A DNA stretch of 47,364 nucleotides from positions 1 through 47,364 of the forward strand of contig JBAZRT010000001.1 in NCBI GenBank assembly GCA_041662765.1, in the 5' to 3' direction. The notes under the pieces are model-generated. The model was not told the DNA's origin. It saw nothing but the letters and a program-made list of their open reading frames with translations, and ran no database searches. The stretch is from Parcubacteria group bacterium (lineage in GTDB: Bacteria; Patescibacteriota; Minisyncoccia; Moranbacterales; UBA11712). The position numbers and the translations under genes were made by a program. Below, in pieces: positions 16,311 to 23,482 of the stretch (position 1 is its first letter; each line of letters begins with the position of its first letter).

Positions 16311-16910
16311 ATGTACAAGGGTAAAAGCGGATTATGCGGAACGGTAGCGCACGTGCTCCTCGCCTGTCCCATCCTGGCGGTGGTTCTGGGCGTGGGAGGT
16401 GCGGCACTTTACGTGAAATCTTATATCCGCGGGCAGCCTCCTCCTTATACGGTGGAGGTAACCGCCCAAAAGATCATGGCAGATCCTGCTTTCCAGGCCA
16501 AAGTTCGGGAGACTGAAAAAGTTCCCGGAGCCAGGGAGCTGACTGATGAGGCCGAAAAGGTCTTTCAGGGGATCGTTATGGTCGAAAGCGGAGACAAGGA
16601 GATCGGCGTCCATCCAGACGGCGTATCCCACGGTCCGGCGGGTCTCACCCTGCCGGCTCTCAAAGACGTGCATCGGCTGGTCTGCAATTCGAGCGAAAAG
16701 CTCGATTATCAGGCCATCCTGAAAAATCCGGTGGAGAGCAGGAAGTTTGCCAAGCTCTACTATCTGGAAATGGTGCACCGCTTTGGGGACGTGAAAACCG
16801 CGGCCATTGCCTATCACCACGGACCCACCCGGGTCTCGCGGTGGATAAGGCAGCACAAGTCTCTGCCGGATAGCTACTGGAACAAAGTCCAGGAGGCGAT
16901 GGGCGACTAA
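16311..16910 (+). CDS. Membrane-anchored SLT-domain lytic transglycosylase
   Basis: An N-terminal TM segment is followed by MVESGDKE (catalytic E-S), HGPAGLT and AIAYHHGP (AYNxGP-like). The SD is GGGGGAGG. Confidence 0.7.
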   Translation: MYKGKSGLCGTVAHVLLACPILAVVLGVGGAALYVKSYIRGQPPPYTVEVTAQKIMADPAFQAKVRETEKVPGARELTDEAEKVFQGIVMVESGDKEIGVHPDGVSHGPAGLTLPALKDVHRLVCNSSEKLDYQAILKNPVESRKFAKLYYLEMVHRFGDVKTAAIAYHHGPTRVSRWIRQHKSLPDSYWNKVQEAMGD

Positions 16911-16954
16911 CGGCCGTCCAAGAAAAGAGGAGGGAAAAGAAGCAAAGAAGTTCT

Positions 16955-16987
16955 GGCGGCATCACGCAATTCGATGCCGCCTTTTTT
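16955..16987 (+). terminator. Rho-independent terminator
   Basis: GGCGGCATC (16955-16963) pairs with GATGCCGCC (16973-16981) and is followed by TTTTTT. Confidence 0.8.
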
Positions 16988-17007
16988 AAACTTAAAAAAA
17001 CGCACAC

Positions 17008-17036
17008 TTGACAAATTGAAGACAATATATTACGAT
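17008..17036 (+). promoter_or_regulatory. Sigma70-like promoter (TTGACA-N17-TACGAT)
   Basis: The -35 lies at 17008-17013 and the -10 at 17031-17036, upstream of the BamD-like gene. Confidence 0.55.
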
Positions 17037-17115
17037 TAGCTGTTCGTTGAAATCGGCACAACGCTTAGAAATGGCAATTTTGCCAATAACGTTGAAAGAA
17101 TAGGAGATATTGCTC

Positions 17116-17742
17116 ATGACTAAGGTGGGGAAAATCAGGTTTTTGGCCGTGGTCTTTGCTCTGCTTCTTTGCTGGGGCTGTGGCGGGATGAGTTTCAGCT
17201 CCAAGCCGGAAGCGTCCAGCACTGAAGTCTTTGGTCCGATGCCAGCGGAACAGCTTCTCAAGATGGCCGAGGACCGCTTCAAGGCTGGCGACTATTTGGC
17301 CGCCATGCGCGCCTATGACGCGTTCGAAAAGGATCATCCCGGGAGCCAGCTCATGCCATTTTGCGTTTTCGGCCGTGGTCTCAGCTATATGCACGAAATG
17401 GAGACCATCGACCGCGACCAAGCCATGTGCCGCAAAGCCGCTGAGCAGTTTCAGCGGGTCGTGGACCGGTATCCGGATTGGAAGTACACGGCTGATGCGA
17501 AAGCGCATCTCAAAAAGTGCCGTGGCAACCTGGCGGAACACGAATTTTATGTGGGCTCCTATTATCAGCGGACCGGGCGCTATCGGGCCGCATTGGTTCG
17601 CTACCAGGGACTTGCCCGGGATTATCCGGAGTTCACCAAAGGAGCCGAAGTCAAAAAAGGCATCGCGGAATGCGAAGCCGAACTGGCCAAGGCGCCAAAG
17701 CCAAAGGGATTGATCGCCCAGCTCTTCGATGCCCAGTGGTAA
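17116..17742 (+). CDS. BamD/YfiO-like TPR outer-membrane lipoprotein (208 aa)
   Basis: The AGGAGA SD precedes the ATG at 17116. A lipobox-like LLLCWGC-GG is present. TPR-like repeats include AEDRFKAGDYLAAMRAYDAFEKDHPGS, AAEQFQRVVDRYPDWKY..DAKAHL and EHEFYVGSYYQRTGRYRAALVRYQGLARDYPEF, a typical BamD signature. Confidence 0.75.
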   Translation: MTKVGKIRFLAVVFALLLCWGCGGMSFSSKPEASSTEVFGPMPAEQLLKMAEDRFKAGDYLAAMRAYDAFEKDHPGSQLMPFCVFGRGLSYMHEMETIDRDQAMCRKAAEQFQRVVDRYPDWKYTADAKAHLKKCRGNLAEHEFYVGSYYQRTGRYRAALVRYQGLARDYPEFTKGAEVKKGIAECEAELAKAPKPKGLIAQLFDAQW

Positions 17743-17771
17743 AAGACAAGAAGTTCTTTTTGAGCAAAACC

Positions 17772-17807
17772 GAACCCCGATGCCGAGCATGGGGGTTCTT
17801 TATTTTT
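17772..17807 (+). terminator. Rho-independent terminator
   Basis: GAACCCC (17772-17778) pairs with GGGGTTC (17792-17798). An inner ATGC/GCAT helix is present, and CTTTATTTTT follows. Confidence 0.7.
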
Positions 17808-17882
17808 CCTGCTTTTTTTGGCGGGTTGTTTTTTTGGTTGATTTTTGATAGAATATTTCAAGTCGAAGCAATATTACAACAA

Positions 17883-18153
17883 GCCGTTGTAGCTCAGCTG
17901 GCAGAGCAACTCCATGGTAGGCAACTGCCCATAGGCGGAGAAATCCGTCAATGAATCCCGAATCACGGTTAAAGGCCCTAGCCGGGTCAAGACCGTAGCG
18001 CTTTCTTGGCGCTCGAACGACTGACAAGGGGAGCTAAATTTGTCAATTGGCAAATATGTTCAAGATACAGTCTAATCCTCTTATATGGTTGAATAACAAA
18101 AAAAGAGGTATAAATGAAGGAGTAGGTCCGCGGTCCGAATCCGCGCAACGGCT
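17883..18153 (+). tRNA. tRNA-Thr(GGU) interrupted in the anticodon loop by a 198-nt intron
   Basis: The 5' exon is GCCGTTG-TA-GCTC-AGCTGGCA-GAGC-A-ACTCC-ATGGT (17883-17918). The 3' exon is AA-GGAGT-AGGTC-CGCGG-TCCGAAT-CCGCG-CAACGGC-T (18117-18153). Acceptor, D, anticodon and T stems all pair. The spliced loop is AUGGUAA. Confidence 0.75.
17919..18116 (+). ncRNA. Group I-like self-splicing intron (no ORF)
   Basis: The 5' exon ends in U and the intron ends in G. The helices found are:
- P2: GGCGGA-GAAA-TCCGTC (17934-17949)
- P3: TCCC (17956-59) with GGGG (18028-31)
- P4: ACGGT (17965-69) with ACCGT (17992-96)
- P5: GGCCC/GGGTC
- P6: AGCGC/GCGCT (17997-18013)
- P7: GACTG (18019-23) with CAGTC (18068-72)
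- P8: ATTTGTC-AATT-GGCAAAT (18038-55)
- P9: CCTCTT/AAGAGG (18077-18108)
The order P3-P4-P5-P4'-P6-P7-P3'-P8-P7'-P9 is the group I topology. Confidence 0.6.
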
Positions 18154-18180
18154 CAAGGATAATTTTTTATTCGCAAAAAC

Positions 18181-19068
18181 ATGTCCGGAAAAAAAATATC
18201 GATATTCCTCGCTGTGCTGATCGTTATCATTGTCGGATTTTTGTGGTATCAAAAAGGGAAGGGCAAAAAAAATCAAAATACCCAGTCATCCGCGAAGCTG
18301 TCGTCTCTCAAGAATTCTCCCGCAGGGGACAACAGCGCGGCTGACGCGAATTCCGATCAGGCTATGGAGGATTTCGACGCGCAGTGCACGAACGGCCAAT
18401 GGGTGAAGATCGCCGATGTGGAAGGGGAAATGACAACTGCCAAAGGAGTGGTGCAAGCGGTCGATCCGGAAAATACCGCTACTGCGGCTTTCCAAAGTTA
18501 TCGAAATTATCTCGACGGAAGCGAGAAAATCGCGCTTGTTGATCCAAATGTGAAGACAGATACTGATGATAGCGATGTGGATCTTTTCCAGACCAGGGAA
18601 GTGGAAGTTCAGGGAGTGCTCGGCCAAGGCGCGGCAAAAGAAGCGAAAGTTTCCCAGATCAGATGCGCGGGCAAAGAAACGGACAAAAACGCGGCGGACG
18701 ATCGCACCAAAATTTTGAACTATATTTCGGCGAACATAAGCTCGATTGCTCCGGAAAAAGCTCCGCAGAAAAATTGGGTAGCTTCCTCGGTGGTCATTTT
18801 GGATGAAAAGGATGTTTATGTCGATTATTATGACGCTATCGAAGACGATGAAAACAGTGATCCGGAACTGGATACAACGCACAGGGTTCTGCTGGAGATC
18901 GCTCCCGGAGGGAATGGCAATTTCAATGCAAATGTGCTAGCCTATTGGGTCCCGGGTGAAGAAGATTTTGTGCTCAAGCAAGGGAATGACAAATTCAAAA
19001 ATCTCGATGAATTTTCTCTGCCGTCGTATTCCTATGATTCCGAGAGCAATTCATGGTCGAGAGACTAA
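18181..19068 (+). CDS. Membrane-anchored hypothetical protein (295 aa)
   Basis: It has an N-terminal TM segment (ISIFLAVLIVIIVGFLW) and an acidic extracytoplasmic region. No recognisable domain was seen. Confidence 0.55.
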   Translation: MSGKKISIFLAVLIVIIVGFLWYQKGKGKKNQNTQSSAKLSSLKNSPAGDNSAADANSDQAMEDFDAQCTNGQWVKIADVEGEMTTAKGVVQAVDPENTATAAFQSYRNYLDGSEKIALVDPNVKTDTDDSDVDLFQTREVEVQGVLGQGAAKEAKVSQIRCAGKETDKNAADDRTKILNYISANISSIAPEKAPQKNWVASSVVILDEKDVYVDYYDAIEDDENSDPELDTTHRVLLEIAPGGNGNFNANVLAYWVPGEEDFVLKQGNDKFKNLDEFSLPSYSYDSESNSWSRD

Positions 19069-19103
19069 GCCAAAAATTCTAAATTAATTTAATCCGAAAT
19101 ATT

Positions 19104-19259
19104 ATGTCGCAAGAAAATCTCGTCAAATTCAAATGTGAAGTTTGCAAATCTGTGAATTATCATTCCACCCGCAACAAAAAGAAGATCAAAGAAAAGATCG
19201 CTCTCAAGAAATTTTGCAAGAAATGCCGCAAACACACGCCGCACAAGGAATCGAAATAG
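19104..19259 (+). CDS. rpmG: 50S ribosomal protein L33 (51 aa), below the ORF-track cutoff
   Basis: MSQENLVKFKCEVCKSVNYHSTRNKKKIKEKIALKKFCKKCRKHTPHKESK shows the L33 pattern CxxC..NY...KN....L.LKK.C..C.KHT.H.E.K. Confidence 0.85.
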   Translation: MSQENLVKFKCEVCKSVNYHSTRNKKKIKEKIALKKFCKKCRKHTPHKESK

Positions 19260-19291
19260 CAGTCAATATCTGTATTTTGCCTGAATAATAT

Positions 19292-19365
19292 GCGGGCATA
19301 GTTAAGTGGTATAACAGTGGTCTCCAAAACCACAGTCGGGAGTCCGATTCTCTCTGCCCGTGCCA
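19292..19365 (+). tRNA. tRNA-Trp(CCA) with encoded CCA
   Basis: The cloverleaf is GCGGGCA-TA-GTTA-AGTGGTA-TAAC-A-GTGGT-CTCCAAA-ACCAC-AGTC-GGGAG-TCCGATT-CTCTC-TGCCCGT-G-CCA. It aligns closely with E. coli tRNA-Trp. Confidence 0.9.
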
Positions 19366-19376
19366 AGATCAAAAAA

Positions 19377-20156
19377 ATGAAAAGATTTTTTCTCTATTTT
19401 CTCCTGCTTTTGTTCATTGCCGGCTTGGCCGTGCTGGCTTTTGGTTTCTATAACGCGAAAAGGGTTCGCGTATGGGCTGGAGCGGCAGGGGAGATAAAAT
19501 CTCAGTATGATGTTTTTGCAAAGGAAAAAAATATAGAATCAAGATTTGATGCAAGTGGAGGAAAAAGCATGGAGGAAATCAAGACAGAACTGGCCGGGTT
19601 TTCGACGGATCTTGACGCCATAGTCAAAAAATCGGAAACAGCTCGAAAGGAAACCGACGAGCTGAACGGATCAGTGGCGACGAAATTTGTGCGCGGAGAA
19701 ATCGATGACTATTATCAACAGAGCGGCGATCAGGCAAAAAATATATCAAGCGTTGTGAAATTTATGAGCCAGCTCTTTGAAGTTGCGGTTATATTTGATA
19801 GAATAAAGTCTGACACCACCCTCGAAGAAATCCAGAAGATGATAAGCGAGGCAAAGGCCAAGAGCGGCGAGATAGACATCGGATCATTGCCGGAGAAGAT
19901 GAGGGATCAGGGAACTTCGCTCAAATTCGCGACGGATTCATTTTTGGCGGCAATGGAGCAAGCAGCAATAGGAAACATCGATGGAGATGAAGCGCTCAAC
20001 GCGAGCTATGCCGATTTTTCTCAAAAAGAAAACGATTTTTGGGAAGCGAGAAAAAATTTGGCGATTTTTGCAAATGTCAAAAACCTGGATTCATTTGGAA
20101 ACAAAATTGACAGTGATTTGCTTGTTTTGCAAAGGGTGCGGTTCAGCGTGAAATAA
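19377..20156 (+). CDS. Membrane-anchored helical hypothetical protein (259 aa)
   Basis: The ATG at 19377 lies just after the tRNA. The N-terminal TM segment is FFLYFLLLLFIAGLAVLAFGF. The remainder is K/E-rich and looks helical. Confidence 0.55.
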   Translation: MKRFFLYFLLLLFIAGLAVLAFGFYNAKRVRVWAGAAGEIKSQYDVFAKEKNIESRFDASGGKSMEEIKTELAGFSTDLDAIVKKSETARKETDELNGSVATKFVRGEIDDYYQQSGDQAKNISSVVKFMSQLFEVAVIFDRIKSDTTLEEIQKMISEAKAKSGEIDIGSLPEKMRDQGTSLKFATDSFLAAMEQAAIGNIDGDEALNASYADFSQKENDFWEARKNLAIFANVKNLDSFGNKIDSDLLVLQRVRFSVK

Positions 20157-20171
20157 ATTATTCAACTCTTC

Positions 20172-21485
20172 ATGCCAAAAAGAAAAACTATAATTTGGAT
20201 TGTTATTGGAGCGGCTGTGCTGATTGGCATAGTGTATTTTGCTTTTTTGCGTAAGCCGAAAGTTCAGTATAACACCGCTGAAGCGAAGAAGGGCGGTTTG
20301 ACGGAAACTGTTTCGGTGACGGGGACATTGAAATCCAATGATACTATATCGCTCGATTTTGAAACTAACGGACGAGTAAGGGCAGTGAATGTCAAGGTCG
20401 GACAAAAAGTCGCAAAAGGCGACCTGATCGGGTCTCTCGACGATTCAAGTCTTCAGCTGGAGGTTGATCAGGCCAAAGCCAATTTGGAAAAAGCGCAAGC
20501 TGACGCTGGTATCAGCTTTGACACTATTCACAGCGCTGAAGTAGGAAAAAGAAACGCGGAAAAATATCTTGAAGACACAAAAAGCCTCAACAAAAAAAAT
20601 ATCACGTCCGCCGAGCAGAAAGTGAGTGATGCGAAAAATTATCTTGAAGACGCCCAAAGCTATTATAATCAAGTGAAGTCAGACGACGGCGCCGACAGTT
20701 CAACGACAAAATCGGCCAGACTTACACTCGACACGGCTGAGTCTAGTTATAACGCAGCCAAAAAAGCGCTGGATGTTGCCGATCAAACAGCTGATCTTTC
20801 GGAAACCTCTGCCCAAAATTCTCTCGATACGGCTGAAGCAACGCGCGATGCGGCAAAATCAAAGTATATCGCGGCCTCAAAAGATGCCAACGTTGCCAGT
20901 TTCGAGGCGGCTTATCAATCGGCTCTCGTGGATATGGATCGGGCGGTTCTTCGGGCTCCCGCAAATGGAATAATAAAAGAAGTCAATTTCAAAACCGGAG
21001 AAGTGATCGGCGGGACAAGCGTCGAAGCATTTGCCAAAATGATTTCCTATGATTTTGTTCTTGAGGCGAAAGTTTCCGAATCGGATATAGCCAAAATCAA
21101 GTTGGACCAAAAAGCAACCCTCACTTTCGACGCTTTTGATCCGGATGAAAAATTCACGGCTTCAGTTGTTTCGATCGATCCCTCATCCACTGTTGTTCAG
21201 GACGTGGTGGATTATGTCGTGAAACTTGCGATGGACAAAGACGATTTGCGCCTCAAAGATGGCATGAGCGCCGATTTGGATGTGCTCGTCTTTGAAAAAA
21301 ATGACGTTTTGGCGATCCAAGAACGGTCAATAAAAGATGTTGATGGAAAGAAAATTGTGCAAATTCTTGAAAAAGGAAATCCGGTTGACAGAGAAGTAAA
21401 AACAGGAGCGAAGGGAGACGGAGGAATGATCGAGATCATTTCTGGATTGAAAGAAGGGGATATGGTGATCACTTCGACAAAATAG
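20172..21485 (+). CDS. HlyD/MacA-type periplasmic adaptor (membrane fusion) protein
   Basis: After an N-terminal TM segment it has a lipoyl-like hairpin (VSVTGTLKSND..FETNGRVRAVNVKVGQKVAKGDLIGSLD), a long coiled-coil and a C-terminal beta-barrel (LRAPANGIIKEVNFKTGE). Confidence 0.8.
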   Translation: MPKRKTIIWIVIGAAVLIGIVYFAFLRKPKVQYNTAEAKKGGLTETVSVTGTLKSNDTISLDFETNGRVRAVNVKVGQKVAKGDLIGSLDDSSLQLEVDQAKANLEKAQADAGISFDTIHSAEVGKRNAEKYLEDTKSLNKKNITSAEQKVSDAKNYLEDAQSYYNQVKSDDGADSSTTKSARLTLDTAESSYNAAKKALDVADQTADLSETSAQNSLDTAEATRDAAKSKYIAASKDANVASFEAAYQSALVDMDRAVLRAPANGIIKEVNFKTGEVIGGTSVEAFAKMISYDFVLEAKVSESDIAKIKLDQKATLTFDAFDPDEKFTASVVSIDPSSTVVQDVVDYVVKLAMDKDDLRLKDGMSADLDVLVFEKNDVLAIQERSIKDVDGKKIVQILEKGNPVDREVKTGAKGDGGMIEIISGLKEGDMVITSTK

Positions 21486-21502
21486 TTAAAAATCCAAATT
21501 CA

Positions 21503-22228
21503 ATGTTGATTTCCGTCCGTAATCTTTGCAAGGAATACGACAACGAAGGTGTTCTCACAAAAGCCCTCTGCGGGGTTTCTTTTGATATTGACAAGGGTGA
21601 ATTTGTGGCCATCATGGGTCCGAGCGGCAGCGGAAAATCAACACTGATGCAACTTTTGGGATTTCTGGACCGAGCCACCGCCGGGAAATATTTTTTTGAG
21701 GGACGCGACACAAAAAATTTTTCCGACGATGAGCTGGCATATTTTCGCAATCAAAAGATCGGCTTTGTTTTCCAATCTTTCAATCTTTTGCCCAGAACAA
21801 CTGTTTTTGAAAATGTGGAACTTCCGCTTTTATACGATGAACGGAAGGAATCGCAAAGCCTCATAAGGCAAAAAGTCGAGCAGGCGCTGAAAGCGGTGAA
21901 TCTCGAAAGCAGAATAGGCAATTTTTCCAATCAGCTTTCGGGCGGAGAACAGCAAAGAGTGGCGATTGCGAGGGCGCTTGTCAATGATCCGGCGCTTATT
22001 CTTGCTGACGAGCCAACGGGAAATCTTGATTCGAAAAACGGACTGCAAATAATGAAAATACTTCAAAAATTGAATGATGAGGGGCACACGATCGTGATGG
22101 TGACGCACGAAACCTATACATCCGAACACGCAAAAAGAATTATTGAAATGCTTGACGGAAATATTGTGAGAGACAGGCTTGTGGCAAAAAGAAGAATTGC
22201 GGACGGAGAAGAAAAGCTTTTGAAATAA
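21503..22228 (+). CDS. ABC transporter ATP-binding protein (MacB/LolD family)
   Basis: It has Walker [10 protein letters not shown], the Q-loop, the signature [15 protein letters not shown], Walker B LILADEPT and the H-loop VTHE. Confidence 0.9.
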   Translation: MLISVRNLCKEYDNEGVLTKALCGVSFDIDKGEFVAIMGPSGSGKSTLMQLLGFLDRATAGKYFFEGRDTKNFSDDELAYFRNQKIGFVFQSFNLLPRTTVFENVELPLLYDERKESQSLIRQKVEQALKAVNLESRIGNFSNQLSGGEQQRVAIARALVNDPALILADEPTGNLDSKNGLQIMKILQKLNDEGHTIVMVTHETYTSEHAKRIIEMLDGNIVRDRLVAKRRIADGEEKLLK

Positions 22229-22232
22229 TGTC

Positions 22233-23477
22233 ATGCGTTTTTATGACCCCGTCAAAATCGCCTACAAAAATCTTATCGCGGCCAAGTTCCGCTCTTTTTT
22301 GACTATTCTCGGGATTGTGATCGGAATTGCGTCCGTGATAATAATCATCGCCATCGGATCCAGCGCCCAGGAACTGATCCTGGACCAAGTAAAAGGCGTC
22401 GGATCCAATCTTATCGGAGTCTTGCCGGGCGCTTCCGAGGAGAAAGGCCCGCCGGCGAGCGCGATGGGGGTCATCATTACGACCCTCAAATACGACGACC
22501 TCAAGGCCATTCTTCAGAAGAGCAATGTTCCCAACGCGGCTGACGGAACGGCTTATATCAGCGGAAACAACACGGTCCAATTCGAAGACAAGGACAAGAA
22601 TTTCACTTTTCAGGGAACGACAGCCAGCTATATAAATGTTGAGAACGCTGAAATAGACAAGGGGCGGTTTTTCACCAAGGAAGAGGAAACGAGTTTGTCG
22701 CGTTTCGCCGTGCTTGGGTCGGAAGTGGCCTCTGATCTTTTCGGGGAAGGCGGCGACTCGGTCGGAAAAAGAATAAAAATCGGAAAACAAAATTTCGAAG
22801 TGATCGGAGTTTTCAAGAAACGCGGTTCAACTGCTTTTTCCAATCAGGACACGACTATTTTTATGCCTCTTTTCACGGCTCAAAAAGTGATGCTTGGGGT
22901 GGACTATCTCAACTTCGTCCGCGTCAAAGTCGATAGTGAAACGAATATCGATCGGGCAAAAGCGGACATTATCATGACTCTTCGCGATCAACACAACATC
23001 AAGAAAGCGAGCGACGATGATTTTTCGGTGCGCGATCAAAAGGCCGGACTTGACGCCATCACGAATATCACCGGAGCGATAAAATATTTTCTGGCGGCTA
23101 TCGCGGCAATTTCTCTTCTCGTCGGCGGAGTGGGAATAATGAACACGATGATTATTTCCGTCAACCAAAGAATTCGCGAAGTGGGTCTTCGCAAAGCCAT
23201 CGGAGCCAAAAACTCTCTGATCATGCTCCAGTTTTTGGTCGAGTCGATCTTTGTGACGCTTTTGGGCGGCGTGATTGGGATCATTATTGGGGTTCTGGTG
23301 ACTTTTTTGGCGGCGCTGATTATTCAAAAGCTGGGATATCATTGGCCGTTCATTGTCACGATATCGTCGATTTTGCTTGCAACCGGAATTTCCCTGCTCA
23401 TCGGAGTATTTTTCGGAATTTATCCGGCGCGCAAAGCCGCGAAGCTCAATATCGTGGAAGCGTTGAGATATGAGTAA
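22233..23477 (+). CDS. ABC transporter permease, MacB/FtsX type (paralog 1)
   Basis: It starts with a MacB_PCD-like N-terminal TM segment and a large extracytoplasmic domain. The C-terminal FtsX domain reads LLVGGVGIMNTMIISVNQRIREVGLRKAIGAK. Confidence 0.85.
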   Translation: MRFYDPVKIAYKNLIAAKFRSFLTILGIVIGIASVIIIIAIGSSAQELILDQVKGVGSNLIGVLPGASEEKGPPASAMGVIITTLKYDDLKAILQKSNVPNAADGTAYISGNNTVQFEDKDKNFTFQGTTASYINVENAEIDKGRFFTKEEETSLSRFAVLGSEVASDLFGEGGDSVGKRIKIGKQNFEVIGVFKKRGSTAFSNQDTTIFMPLFTAQKVMLGVDYLNFVRVKVDSETNIDRAKADIIMTLRDQHNIKKASDDDFSVRDQKAGLDAITNITGAIKYFLAAIAAISLLVGGVGIMNTMIISVNQRIREVGLRKAIGAKNSLIMLQFLVESIFVTLLGGVIGIIIGVLVTFLAALIIQKLGYHWPFIVTISSILLATGISLLIGVFFGIYPARKAAKLNIVEALRYE

Positions 23478-23482
23478 AGAAT

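Noticed and set aside
12300-17880. Island 1 could be a classical tRNA-targeted integrative element.
   Set aside because: It abuts tRNA-Thr. However, I found no integrase, excisionase, transposase or conjugation gene, and no duplicated tRNA 3' fragment at the far end. The mobility mechanism is therefore unsupported.
17914-18118. The split tRNA could have other anticodons: His GUG, Pro GGG, or AUG if the splice site were one to three nucleotides earlier.
   Set aside because: Only the 36/37 junction gives a 5' exon ending in U and an intron ending in G, as group I chemistry requires. The body also matches bacterial tRNA-Thr closely (GCCG.TGTAGCTCA...GAGCAAC, G1-C72, C2-G71). It lacks the G-1/C73 of tRNA-His.
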